Origin: Octopus sinensis
Lineage: Eukaryota
Assembly: GCF_006345805.1 (NCBI RefSeq)
Contig: NC_043019.1
Location: forward strand, 32,053,360-32,117,359
Direction of reading: 5' to 3'
Length of the DNA stretch: 64,000 nucleotides
The position numbers were made by a program, and so were the translations under genes. Under the pieces are notes generated by a model. The model ran no database searches. It saw only the letters and a list, made by a program, of their open reading frames with translations, and had not been told where the DNA came from. Positions 25,085 through 37,649 of the stretch are shown here, in pieces. The first letter of the stretch is position 1. Every line of letters starts with the position of its first letter.

Positions 25085-25400
25085 TTTTACTAGCATTCCG
25101 TTGGTGTTCCAGTTGGTCTGATCAACGGAACAGCCTGCCCGGGAAATGAACATGCAAGTGGCTGAGCACTCCACAGACACATGTACCCATAACGTTGTTC
25201 TTGGGGAGATTCAAGGTGACACAGAAAGTGTCAACACTGGCCCATCGAACAGCAGGTACAACTCATCTTTGCCAGCTGAGTGGACTGGAGCAACATGAAA
25301 TAAAGTGTCTTGCTCAAGAACACAACACACCACTGGGAATTGAACCCACAACCTTATGATCGTGAGCTAAATATCTCAACCACTAAGTCACATACCTTCA
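25085..25400 (-). mobile_element. tRNA-head CORE-like SINE (third tail type)
   Basis: Minus-strand head tgacttagtggttgag..gggttcaattccc; its tail also occurs at 33690-33850 on the plus strand. Confidence 0.7.
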
Positions 25401-25912
25401 CACTCTGTCAAATGTAAAAGGGAAGAGAACTTCATCCGTCAAAAATGTCCATGGGATTACCCCCAGAATGTTCCCATCCAAGGTACAAGTCTGGGCAAAT
25501 TTGATTTAAGGAAGTCCAGCAGTCCCCCAAGCATACCAATACCAGCCTCTCCTCTTCGTGCCAATAACATTTTCCAAGGGATAGGCAAAGGCTGATATAG
25601 CTTGGCACCGCAACTCATTCCTACAGCTGATTTTCATGTGATTACTTATTTCTAGAATGACATTGTAGGGTATGTGTGAGAGACCAGATCTGGCCAGTTA
25701 TAACACAAAGCGTGTAGAATATTTTGGCTGGATATGGAATGGTTTAAATGCTAAGAGGTTGAAGAATTCGATGGACCAATAGAAATTGTTGCATCTTAGC
25801 TTTGTGAGCTGAATCAATATGTTTAAAGAAATCCACAAATCTCAGAATAGCAAGAAGATTCCTTGTTTCCACACCATCCATTATTCAAATCTCAGTTAAT
25901 ATTCCACTAGTT

Positions 25913-26470
25913 ACTCTCTTTTACTCTTACTCTTTTACTTGTTTCAGTCATTTGACTGTGGCCATGCTGGAGCACCACATTTAGTCGAGCAAATCGACTC
26001 CAGGACTTATTCTTTGTAAGCCTAGTACTTATTCTACTAGTCTCTTTTTGCCGAACCGCTAAGTTGCGGGGGCGTAAACACACCAGCATCGGTTGTCAAG
26101 CGACGTTGGACACACACACACACACATATATATATATACATATATATGATGGGCTTCTTTCAGTTTCCGTCTACCAAATCCACTCATAAGGCTTTGGTCA
26201 GCCTGAGGCTATTGTAGAAGACACTTGCCCAAGGTGCCACGCAGTGGGACTGAACCCGGAACCATGTGGCTGGTAAGCCAGCTACTTTATTTCATAGAAA
26301 TTTGCCATAAAGGCATTACACAGATAAGCTTGCGGGCTGGACATAAACATTAATGAGACGGATGATTATGATGAAAAATGATAAAGATGGGAGAAGGGAG
26401 AAGGTGCCCACCGACCCTCTGCTTCTCTAAAACATTATTTGTTTTTACCACACAGCCACTCCTGCGTCTG
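25913..26470 (-). mobile_element. Composite SINE with a ~160-bp insertion in its head
   Basis: gctactt|...|accacacagccactcctgcg split by 26288-26446. Confidence 0.85.
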
Positions 26471-26834
26471 TTGAACAATTCTTTCAGAATCTATTCTGGT
26501 TTGAAGAATTTTCTCCAAAGTTTAGCAGGATACAATTGTGTACCATTATGTTTATAAATCTTAGTTTACTATTGCAGATAAGACTTATGTGTGTTGAAAC
26601 TATAATGTAAACTGTTAAAATTTGTTCACCCTTCGATACTGACCTTCATGGGACTGGCCTTGGTTTTATGGTACAAACTTCCTGTTATAAAGTGATCTAA
26701 AAAAACCTTCTGTCATGATTTCATGTTTATGTTACAAATACCAGCTTGATAATGACGAAGTTGTTTTGAGTTCTTTGTTATTTTCAAGATTTATTGAAAC
26801 AAACACAACATATTTCAACAGAAATATGCTAATA

Positions 26835-27216
26835 GGTGCAGGAGTGGCAGTGTGGTAAGTAGCTTGCTTACCAACCACATGGTTCCGGGTTCAGTCCCAC
26901 TGCGTGGCATCTTGGGCAAGTGTCTTCTGCTATAGCCTCGAGCCGACCAAAGCTTTGTGAGTGGATTCGGTAGATGGAAACTGAAAGAAGCCTGTCATAT
27001 ATATTTATATATATATGTGTATGTGTGTGTGTCTGTGTTTGTCCCTCTAGCATTGCTTGACAACCGATGCTGGTGTGTTTACGTCCCCGTCACTTAGACC
27101 GATAGAATAAGTACTGGGCTTACAAAGAATAAGTCCCGGGGTCGATTTGCTCGACTAAAGGCGGCGCTCCAGCATGGCCACAGTCAAATGACTGAAACAA
27201 GTAAAAGAGTAAAAGT
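26835..27216 (+). mobile_element. Composite SINE, full length
   Basis: Matches consensus. Confidence 0.9.
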
Positions 27217-27776
27217 GAAAGACAGTAACAAGGAAGTTAAAATATCAATTGCGCAAATGCACCAAACACATGCACTCACGTATATATGATCACACACACG
27301 TGTGTGTGTGTGTGTGTGTGAGATAAATGGAGAAGTAGTGACGAGGGACAGTTTTGTAAATAATAATAATAATTATAAGCTTTATTTGACTACCGAGTGG
27401 ACTGGAGTAAAGTGAAATGAAGTGTCTTGCTCAAGGGTGCAATGCGTCACCGGCAATCAAATGTACGACCATGCGATCATGAGCCGAATGCTCTAACCAC
27501 TAAACCACATGCCTTCACACACACACATATATATACACACATACACATATATACACACACACAGATACACACATCCGCACACATATATACACACATACAC
27601 ACACGCATATTAACGTAGATGGATAGGTATATATCTTTATAGGTATTTACAAGTACCATCTCATATCTGAATTTGCAATCTATGGAAAAGTGTACTAAAT
27701 ACATCCAGTAGAGTATGTTTCAATAATTGACTACACACCAGCATACACAGCACTAGCACGTGTGTCAGTATGTATC

Positions 27777-27807
<31 letters not shown>

Positions 27808-27953
27808 CATCATCATCGTTTAACGTCCGCTTTCCATGCTAGCATGGGTTATATATATATGTATATATGGATAAGATCGTTAAATTTAAAATAAAATGAT
27901 TTTATCAAGTGTCCAGCATGGAAAAAAGTAACCTTCAAAGGTAATAATTATTA

Positions 27954-28222
27954 AAATTATAAATTAGGGTATCTACGAGATACCACCATGCTGAAAATAG
28001 CAGCCATGATCTGACTCTAAAACCACCTTAATTGTCCATATCGCAAACACAGAGAGAAAACAAAGAGACAAGATGAAGCTAGTAAAGAATTACTGGATAA
28101 TTCTAGATCCCGGATTTCTGACTTTGCATTTAAGAATGCATTTAGGAATTCAGGTGGTTTTAGAGTCTGATCATGGCTGCTATTTTCAGCATGGTAGTAT
28201 CTCATAGATACCCTAATTTATA

Positions 28223-28226
<4 letters not shown>
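27954..28226. mobile_element. Fold-back element / MITE with ~75-bp inverted arms
   Basis: 27954-28028 vs 28152-28226 differ at 3 positions; 123-bp interior. Confidence 0.85.
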
Positions 28227-28258
<32 letters not shown>

Positions 28259-28374
28259 ATCAAAAAAAGGGGTAGAATTAATTAATTGTTAATAAATTCG
28301 ACCAAGCAGTATTCGGTATGTAAAGACCATTTACGGTATATTTGAAGTATTAATTAGAAGACCATTTACGGTAC

Positions 28375-28480
28375 CATTTTTTTACTTTACCATTTTTTTA
28401 CTTTACCATTTTTTAACTTTTTTTTTTTACTTTACCATTTTTTTACTTTACCATATTTTTTTACTTTACCATACTTTTAT
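28375..28480. repeat. ~15-bp tandem repeat (tttttttactttacca)
   Basis: About 6 degenerate copies. Confidence 0.8.
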
Positions 28481-28881
28481 ATATATATATATATATATTC
28501 ACACAGACACATATGTATATATGTAAATGTCTCACTTGGTGAACTTTGGAATTAGTATATAAGGGTGTCTATCATTTATTTTTTATTAATTTAAAATTAT
28601 ACATTAAATATTTTGTTTAGGTTAATATTAAAGACCAATCGGTACACGTTGGTGTATGATATGGTCTTTAATCTCGAGAAATCATAACTGCTGTTATTGC
28701 AACAGCTTTTGGGATGTACTCTGTGTGTGTGTGTCTGTGTGTGTAGAAGTTTGTGTTAGTGTGTATGTCTGTGTGTGTGAGAGGGAGAGATCATAACTGC
28801 TGTGAATGCAAATTCGTAGTTTGTTTTAGCATCACAGCAAGATGCTGTGTGTGCGTGTGTGTGTGCGTGTGTGTGTGTGTG

Positions 28882-28921
<40 letters not shown>

Positions 28922-29022
28922 ATTGTATGAGTACATAGATGTAGATTGTTATATTTGCGTTGATGGCTATATATATATACTCCTCACCCTTTCTCTCTCC
29001 TCTCTTTCTCTCTACACATATT

Positions 29023-29083
<61 letters not shown>

Positions 29084-29187
29084 TGCGTGCCTGTGTGCGT
29101 ACATGGACACACACACACATGTATATTCATACATATGCATATATCTGAACACGTACATGTGTATGTGTATTAATATGTGTGTGTGTG

Positions 29188-29226
<39 letters not shown>

Positions 29227-29267
29227 TTCAGAGAGAGACAGATGAGTGTTTGTGTGTGTTCTATCTA

Positions 29268-29306
<39 letters not shown>

Positions 29307-30016
29307 TATATATATGTTTTACACATCCCAGTGCAATATTTCAAATGCACTGGATGTCAACCTCAGTCAGCAGTACAAATTAATCAGTGGAATAAACAAT
29401 ACTACTACTACTACTAATAGTAATAATAATAAGGTTAAAGACCATTACTAAAGTGGTAGCAACGCCAGTGGTTGTGTGTGTTGTTGCTGTTATTGTTTTT
29501 ATACTTGTGTTGGTCGTTGGTCATTATATCGTTCACCTCACCCCCTAGCTGTCTTTAGCATAATCACCAGTCTCCAGCTCATCATATTTTGGCTTCGAGT
29601 CGGCTTTTTGTTTGAGAGTCATACATAACGAGGTTGCGTTTCCAGAGTCAGTACGATTGAGGTGCAACTAGTCGGCGTTTCGATTACCATTGTCCAATGT
29701 AATACTTAATTTATTCATTCACATTGTTATGAATTAATCATGCATTGTCTTGTAGCTTTGAGATTTCGATGATGTGATTGCTTACTTATGAATGGCCTCA
29801 AAATTTCAGGCCTTGTGCCTATAACAGAAAGGCCTATTATTATCATTATTATTATTATTATTATTATTTATAACAGTTCCCAGAAATACTTAAGGGCACT
29901 TGTATCTGTGGAGTACTCAGCCACTGCCAAATGAATTCAAAGAGCAGGTGGCTCAGTTGATTGAACAACTAAATGCACATTATCATCACCAACCACACAT
30001 CCATTTATGCTCACAG

Positions 30017-30062
<46 letters not shown>

Positions 30063-30063
30063 T

Positions 30064-30459
30064 AGGCGCAGGAGTGACAGTGTGGTAAGTAGCTTGCTTA
30101 CGAACCACATGGTTTCGGGTTCAGTCCCTCTGCGTGGCACCTTGGGCAAGTGTCTTCTACTATAGATTTGGGTTATATCCTTGTGAGTGGATTTGGTAGA
30201 AGGAAACTGAAAGAAGCCCGTTGTATATATATATATATATGTGTGTGTGTGTTTGTATCTGTGTTTGTCCCCTCAACATTGCTTGATAACCGATGCTGGT
30301 GTGTTTACGTCCCCGCAACTTAGCGGTTCGGCAAAAGAGGCCGATAGGATAAGTACTAGGCTTACAAAGAATAAGTCCTGGGGTTGATTTGCTCGACTAA
30401 AGGCGGTGCTCCAGCATGGCCGCAGTCAAATGACTGAAACAAGTAAAAGAGTAAAAGAG
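30064..30459 (+). mobile_element. Composite SINE, full length
   Basis: Matches consensus. Confidence 0.9.
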
Positions 30460-30630
30460 GGTATATTAGTGTCTCCTTCTAGCAAGCAGGTGCACTCATA
30501 TTCATACCTGTTCACTCCCGACATATATTTTTATATATCAATTTATAAATTGATTCATTTTACCTTAACCGGTTGATTGCATGCTAGCAACCTGATAAAA
30601 TCTAATTTAGATTTTATCTTCAATTTTTCA

Positions 30631-30664
<34 letters not shown>

Positions 30665-30666
<2 letters not shown>

Positions 30667-31062
30667 GCGTAGGAGTGGCTGTGTGGTAAGTAGCTTGCTT
30701 ACCAACCACATGGTTCTGGGTTCAGTCCCACTGCATGGCATCTTGGGCAAGTGTCTTCTGCTATAGCCCTGGTCCGACCAATGCCTTGTGAGTGGATTTG
30801 GTAGATGGAAACTGAAAGAAGCCTGTCGTATATATGTTATATATATATATCTATATATGTGTTTGTGTGTCTGTGTTTGTCCCCCTAGCATTGCTTGACA
30901 ACCGATGCCGTGTGTTTACGTCCCTGTCACTTAGCAGTTCGGCAAAAGGAGACTGATAGAATAAGTACTGGGCTTACAAAGAATAATTCCCGGAGTCGAT
31001 TTGCTCGACTAAAGGCAGTGTTCCAGCATGGCCGCAGTCAAATGACTGAAACAAGTAAAAGA
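30665..31062 (+). mobile_element. Composite SINE, full length
   Basis: Matches consensus. Confidence 0.9.
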
Positions 31063-31824
31063 GTATATAAATATATATATATACACACACACATACTCAC
31101 TTGCACACAAATGGATTTGCAGATATATGTATGTATACATGAATACACACACATATGTGCATATATATATATATATATATATAATAAATGCATACACACA
31201 CACACACATACATACACACACACATACATACACACACACATACATACATACATACATACACACATACATGTTTGCACAAGTATGTATATATGATTACACA
31301 TACATCAATGCATGAATATATATATATCTATATATTTGGAACTGTGTGTGTGTGTGTTGTGTATAAAAACCAACGAGCACGCTAGCCAGTGCAGGTGTTA
31401 TGAGTAGGCAGTGGTGTTTGTTGTTAGCATTGTCAGGTGATGCTTGTGAGAGCAGGTAGAGTTGAATGATCGATATGTGAGGTGCCCTGGAGAGCCGCAT
31501 TAGCGGTACTGGCGGTGGTGGTGAGGAAAACAAGATGATGACTTGGGGTAAGGTGGGGCCGTTGAAGTGCAGTTAGTTACTAATTAGAAAGGTGATCCCT
31601 AAAATAATGATATTACTGGATATTTCGGTGAATTATAATTGTAGAGGCTGTCGTTTCCCACACTCAAAAACACATTTTCTCATACACATATATCCATACA
31701 TGCACACACACACATACATACACACACGCATGCACATGTACACACAAAACCATATATGCAACACACAGGTTTTTATATATATATATATACATACATATAT
31801 ATTATATATATAATATATATTATA

Positions 31825-31874
<50 letters not shown>

Positions 31875-32089
31875 CACTTGTATACACTCATATACATATA
31901 TACACATACACTTATATACATGCATATATACATGCACACACAAACATGTTTATATCTCTATATATATAATATATATATATATATATAATATATATATAAT
32001 ATTATAATATATATTATGATATACCACAGACACACATGAGCATATATTTACACAAAGAAACCCACACGTTTCATAACATACACATATGT

Positions 32090-32120
<31 letters not shown>

Positions 32121-32559
32121 CTAACACTATACACGCAAACAAAAATAGACTATCAAACCATAGACACCTCCACATACACAGACAGACAATCATACATACA
32201 CACACAGATGCATACAGAAAATACACAAGTACATGTACGCACGCCTATACAAATGGCCAAACATATACACAAGGAAACCGGACCTGTGTGATTAGATTGA
32301 AGAGAAATCGTTTATTGAAGAAACACAGAAACAAAACCTAAATAGAAATGAACAATGGTTATCCCAACCCACCTGCCTGGGAAAAGTACAACTAGGTACT
32401 TTGTGAATATTAGGTGTGGCTGTGTGGTAAGCTTCCCAACCACAAGGTCTTGTGTTCCATCCCAGTGCATGGTACTTTGGGCATAAAGTTGGTAGATGGA
32501 AGCCAAGATAAACCTGTTTTGTATTTGTGTGTGTTTGTGCGTGTTTGTATATATATATA

Positions 32560-32944
32560 TCTCTCTCTATATAAACGGCAGTTTGTCTGTGTGTGTTTCT
32601 GTGTGTCTGTTTGGTTGTACCCTCACTCTGACCACGGCTTTCAACCGATTCTGATGAAACTTGACACACACATAGCCCAATGTCATAATTCAAAACTAAC
32701 GCAGCGAAAATTTTGAAAAGTTCCCCCAGTTCTGAAAAAGATCGATAATTCGACATGGGGTCGACATCATCAGAAACACAAACCACAGATGGTCTAGGGA
32801 CGCAACTCGACCTTTTTAACTATCAAAAAAAAATTTACCATCATTTTTTCCCCCATTTTTTTGCTATTTTTGGCTATAACTCTCTAAAAATGCTTTATAG
32901 TTATTTCCCTTACAAACCCGAGCAACGCCGGGCGATACTGCTAG
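32560..32944 (+). mobile_element. Non-autonomous Helitron family B (copy 2)
   Basis: A^TC ... cccgagcaacgccgggcgatactgCTAG^T; near-identical to 11430-11817. Confidence 0.9.
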
Positions 32945-32974
32945 TACATATATATATGTGTATGTGTGTGTGTA

Positions 32975-33158
32975 TCATTGGCGATTTTCTTTTTCCGTCT
33001 TCCCTTCCTTCGACCTTTCCTTTATCTATGTTTCTGATGAAGAGCTCCGCTTGAAAGGTTGAACCCTCCTTCTTTCCTGAGTGTCCAATAATACTATACT
33101 TGTTCCACCTACTCGCGTTGTTGTGTTTGCTCTTTGTGTTTTCATGTTTGGATTAACT
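32975..33158 (+). mobile_element. Penelope-like terminal repeat fragment with a hammerhead-like motif
   Basis: gtttCTGATGAagagctccgcttGAAAggttgaac at 33030-33064; runs into (TA)n. Confidence 0.55.
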
Positions 33159-33164
33159 ATATAT

Positions 33165-33355
33165 ATAGGGAGAGTTTACGAAAAAAATAAAATACGAAGA
33201 CCGGTGGTGTACAAAACAAACAGATGTATTAGTATAACGCTCAGGAATAGAAAAAGTCTTTTACGTTTCGAGCCTAGGCTCTTCTACAGAAAGGGACACA
33301 GAAAAAAAACACGGAGAGAAAAAATGTGTAGTGGCTAACGATCTATCATGGCGAA
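33165..33355 (-). mobile_element. Penelope-like terminal repeat fragment with a hammerhead-like motif (second family)
   Basis: Minus strand cttt-CTGTAGA-a-gagcc-ta-ggctc-GAAAC-GTA-aaag at 33258-33293. Confidence 0.55.
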
Positions 33356-33876
33356 TACACACACACACACACACATACATATCATCATCTTCATCATTTA
33401 ATGTCGGCTTTACATGCTGGCATGGGTTGGACGGTTTGGCTGAAAACTGGTAAGCCTGGGAGCTGCATCGGGTTCCGATCAGATTCTTTAGATGGAATAA
33501 ATTTCATTCAAGGATTATCATCGTTACAATGTTACCTCAAAGTATGAGTGTAACTCGTTCCATGACTGAGCTCGACTTACGATTTACTTATTTTACAAAC
33601 CAATTTTCTCTCTATTGAAATCAACTAAAGTATAATTAATCTGTTCCAGCCCCCCAAAAACCATTCAAAAATGATGTTTTTCAAAGAGGCCAACCTTATC
33701 ACACTCTGCGTCATGCTGAATCTCCCCAAAAACTATGTTAAGGGTACACGTGTCTGTCAAGTGCTCAGCTACTTACACATTAATTTTACGAGCAGGCTGT
33801 TCCATTGATTGGATCAACTGGAACTCTTGTTGTCATGACCAACGGCATGCCACAGATATATATATATATATATATT

Positions 33877-34294
33877 CTTTTCTTTTCTTTTTTTACTTGT
33901 TTCAGTCATTTGACTGCGGCAATGCTGGAGCACCGCCTTTAGTCGAGCAAATCGACCCCGGGACTTATTCTTTGTAAGCCCAGTACTTATTCTATCGGTC
34001 TCTTTTGCCGAACTGCTAAGTGACGGGGACGTAAACACACCAGCATCGGTTGTCAAGCAATGCTAGGGGGACAAACTCAGACACACAAACATACACGCAC
34101 ACACACACACACACATATATATATATACATATATACGACAGGCTTCTTTCAGTTTCCGTCTACCAAATCCACTCACAAGGCATTTGTCGGCCCGGGGCTA
34201 TAGCAGAAGACACTTGCCCAAGATGCCACGCAGTGGGACTGAACCCGCAACCATGTGGTTGGTTAGCAAGCTACTTACCACACAGCCACTCCTA
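33877..34294 (-). mobile_element. Composite SINE, full length
   Basis: Reverse complement of consensus. Confidence 0.9.
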
Positions 34295-34439
34295 TATGAA
34301 CAATAGAATTAACAATAACAACGAGAGGTCATGCACAAGTGTAGGAAAGAGTTGACTGCAATCCAGTTCGTTCCTGTAGATTTTGATCTCAGAATCATAA
34401 AAATCTGTACGAATACAAGGTATTTTATCTGTTACTTTA

Positions 34440-35150
34440 AGGACAAAAATCACATCAAACAGATGACCACATTACAGGAATAACTACATCAAACAACTGC
34501 ATCAAACAAAACATCACATCAGACCATAACACCAAACAGATTATCACATGTAGTGCAACTACATCAATCAGAACATCACATCAGATAACCATGTCAGTCA
34601 GATAAGCTCATCAAACAGATATCCATATCAAACAGATTATTGCATCAAATTAATAACTATATGTAACAGATGATTATCAGACAGATAATCACATCAAACA
34701 GATCATCGCAGCAAACAGGTCATCACATCGAACGGGTCATCACATCAAACAGGTCATCACGTCAAATGGGTCATCACGTCAAACAGATCATCACATCAAA
34801 CAGGTCATCACATCAAACAGGTCATCACATCGACAGGTCATCACATCGAACAGGTCATCACATCGAACAGGTCATCACATCAAACAGGTCATCCATCACA
34901 TCAAACAGGTCATTACATCAGATAATCACGTCAAACAGAGACCACGTCAAGCAGACAACCACGCCAAGCAGACAACCACGTCAAGCAGATAGCCACGTCG
35001 AACAGATCATCACATCAGTTAAATACATCAAATAAAACATCACATTGTTATCATCATCACATTTGATTGACTATCAATCACATCCTGAGCATCATCACAG
35101 CTTTAGCATTATCACATCAAACACCTGACCACATCAGATCTAGTGCATCA
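34440..35150. repeat. Degenerate 17-bp minisatellite (catcacatcaaacaggt)n
   Basis: Regular core about 34720-34910, decaying on both sides. Confidence 0.88.
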
Positions 35151-35321
35151 TCACTTCCTTTCCAGCACACATCCAAACTTTCCAGAGAGCAGAGACCTCA
35201 GAGAAAAAAATGTTCTTTGAATTACACATCCCATTGATCATCAGTCCCCAAACGTTTTCTCACCACAGACCAGTTTCATGCATGACAATTTTTCCACAGA
35301 CTGAGGGACCACATGCATATC

Positions 35322-35780
35322 ATCAGCATCATCATTTAATGTCCATTATCCATGTTGGCATGGGTTGGACAGTTTGACCAGAGCTGGCAAGCTGGGGATC
35401 TGCAGCAGACTCCAGTTTGATTTGGCATCGTTTCTATGGCTGGACGCCCTTCCTAATGCCAACCACTTTACAGAGTGTGCACAGGTGATTTTGTGTGACA
35501 CCACAGGGGAAGTTTTACATCGCACCACACAGGTACTTTTATGTGGCATTGCACGGGTGCTTTTATGCGGCACTACACTAGTGCTTTTACATGGCATTGC
35601 CACGAGTGCTTTACGCCACCAGAAGGATCAGTCTTAACACTTCTATTGCATGGTGTGGGTCTTCTTGTGTACAGCCAAGCGCCTTGGTCCTTTATCATCT
35701 CACCAGAAAGGTTGTTTACTGAGGTCAATTTTTAGTACTTCATCCCATGTCTTACAGGGTCTCCCACTTCTACATGTTCC
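35322..35780 (-). mobile_element. RTE LINE 3' end including the ORF C-terminus
   Basis: Minus strand CRSGRPCKTWDEVLKIDL at about 35715-35775, then the 3' UTR and (GAT)n. Confidence 0.8.
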
Positions 35781-35841
35781 AACCACTTTCAAGGGTCGGC
35801 ATAACAAAACACAATAAAATGCATAAAGTATTGCTTAATTA

Positions 35842-36251
35842 TAGCAGGAGTGGCTGTGTGGTAAGAAGCTTTCTTCCCAACCACATGGTTCCGGGTTCAG
35901 GAATAAGGCGGCGAGCTGGCAGAAACGTTAGCACGCCGGGCGAAATGCTTAGTGCTATTTCGTCTGTCTTTACGTTCTGAGCTCAAATTCTGCCGAGGTT
36001 GACTTTGCCTTTCATCCATTCGGGGTCGATAAATTAAGTATCAGATACGCACTGGGGTCGATGTAATCGACAACTTAATCCCTTTGTCTGTCCTTGTTTG
36101 TCCCCTCTATGTTTAACCCCTTGTGGGCAATAAAGAAATAACATGACTCTGGGTTCAGTCCCACTGCATGGCACCTTGGGCAAGTGTCTTCTACTATAGT
36201 CTCAGGCCCACCAAAGCCTTGTAAGTGGACAGAAACTGAAAGAAGCCTGTC

Positions 36252-36297
<46 letters not shown>

Positions 36298-36480
36298 ATC
36301 TGTGTTCCCCACTCCCCACCACTACCATCGCTTGACAACCAATGTTGGTGTGTTTGTGTCTTCATAACTTAGCAGTTCGGAAAAAAGAGACCAATAAAAT
36401 AAGTTCTAGGCTTACAAAGAATAAGTCCTGGGGTCGATTTGTTTGGCCACAGTATAATGACCAAAACAAGTAAAAGAATA
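35842..36480 (+). mobile_element. Composite SINE interrupted by a Meta-like SINE (35907-36140)
   Basis: Target catggttccgggttcag / catgactctgggttcag is duplicated around the insert. Confidence 0.85.
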
Positions 36481-36501
36481 TATATATACACACACACACA
36501 T

Positions 36502-36803
36502 GGATGCGCAATAGCCCAGTGGTTAGAGTAGCGGACTCGCAGTTTCGATTCCCAGACCGGGCGTTGGGCATGTTTTTTGAGCGAAAACACCGAAAGCTCC
36601 ACAAGGCTCTGGCAAGGGGGTGGTGGCAATCCCTGCTGTACTCTTTCACCACAACTTTCTCTCACTCTTTCTTCTGTTGACCTGCTCGCTTAGCCAGCGG
36701 GGTGGCGTCACTTGAAGGCTAAAAAACAATGTGAAGCGCATTGTGACCAGTGATGTGTAGCTACATCTGATAGCCTGGTCGGTCACGGTGATCATGGTGA
36801 TAT
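36502..36803 (+). mobile_element. tRNA-headed SINE
   Basis: ggatgcgcaatagcccagtggttagag..gtttcgattccc; tail shared with 206-294. Confidence 0.85.
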
Positions 36804-37041
36804 ATACACACACACATATATATTACACACACAATACATTTGTACTATATACATAATGCGGAAAACATTCTGCAGACCATAATATACATTAGCCCTTTCG
36901 TTACCGTATTTATTTTGAGATTTCCCCTGTAGTTCTTTCAATTACTTTAAATTTATCAATGAATTTAGTAAAATAACTTGGTTATCATTAACCTAGGGTT
37001 AGGGATATAAATTACGACTAAGGTTTGGTGACAGATTTTAA

Positions 37042-37649
37042 CCCTTTAGTGTTCAGATTACTCTGTTAAATGTAATACCTTTTCACTCAAATTGTTTTGA
37101 ATTAATCATGCATTGTCTTATAGCTTTGAGGTTTCAATGATGTGATTGCTTATTTTTAGAATATCAATGTAGGTTAGGAGTGAGGGGCTAGATATCGCCA
37201 GTTTGAATATAAAACATGTACTCTTTACTCTTTTACTTGTTTCAATCATTTTCACTGCGGCCATGCTGGAGCACCGCCTTTAGTCGAGCATATCGACCCC
37301 GGGACTTATTCTTTGTAAGCCCAGTACTTATTCTATCGGTCTCTTTTGCCGAACCGCTAAGTGACGGGGACGTAAACACACCAGCATCGGTTGTCAAGCA
37401 ATGCTACGGGGACAAACACAGACACACAAACACATACACACACATACATATATATATATACATATATACGACAGGCTTCTTTCAGTTTCCGTCTACCAAA
37501 TCCACTCACAAGGCATTGGTCGGCCCGGGGCTATAGCAGAAGACACTTGCCCAAGATGCCACACAGTGGGACTGAACCCGGAACCATGTGGTTGGTTAGC
37601 AAGCTACTTACCACACGGGCCGAATTTGGCCGGTTTAAACACTAAAGGG
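37042..37649 (+). mobile_element. piggyBac-type MITE B inserted at TTAA
   Basis: Perfect TIR ccctttagtgtt / aacactaaaggg; TTAA at 37038-37041 and 37650-37653. Confidence 0.9.
37219..37616 (-). mobile_element. Composite SINE inside MITE B
   Basis: Reverse complement of consensus. Confidence 0.9.
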
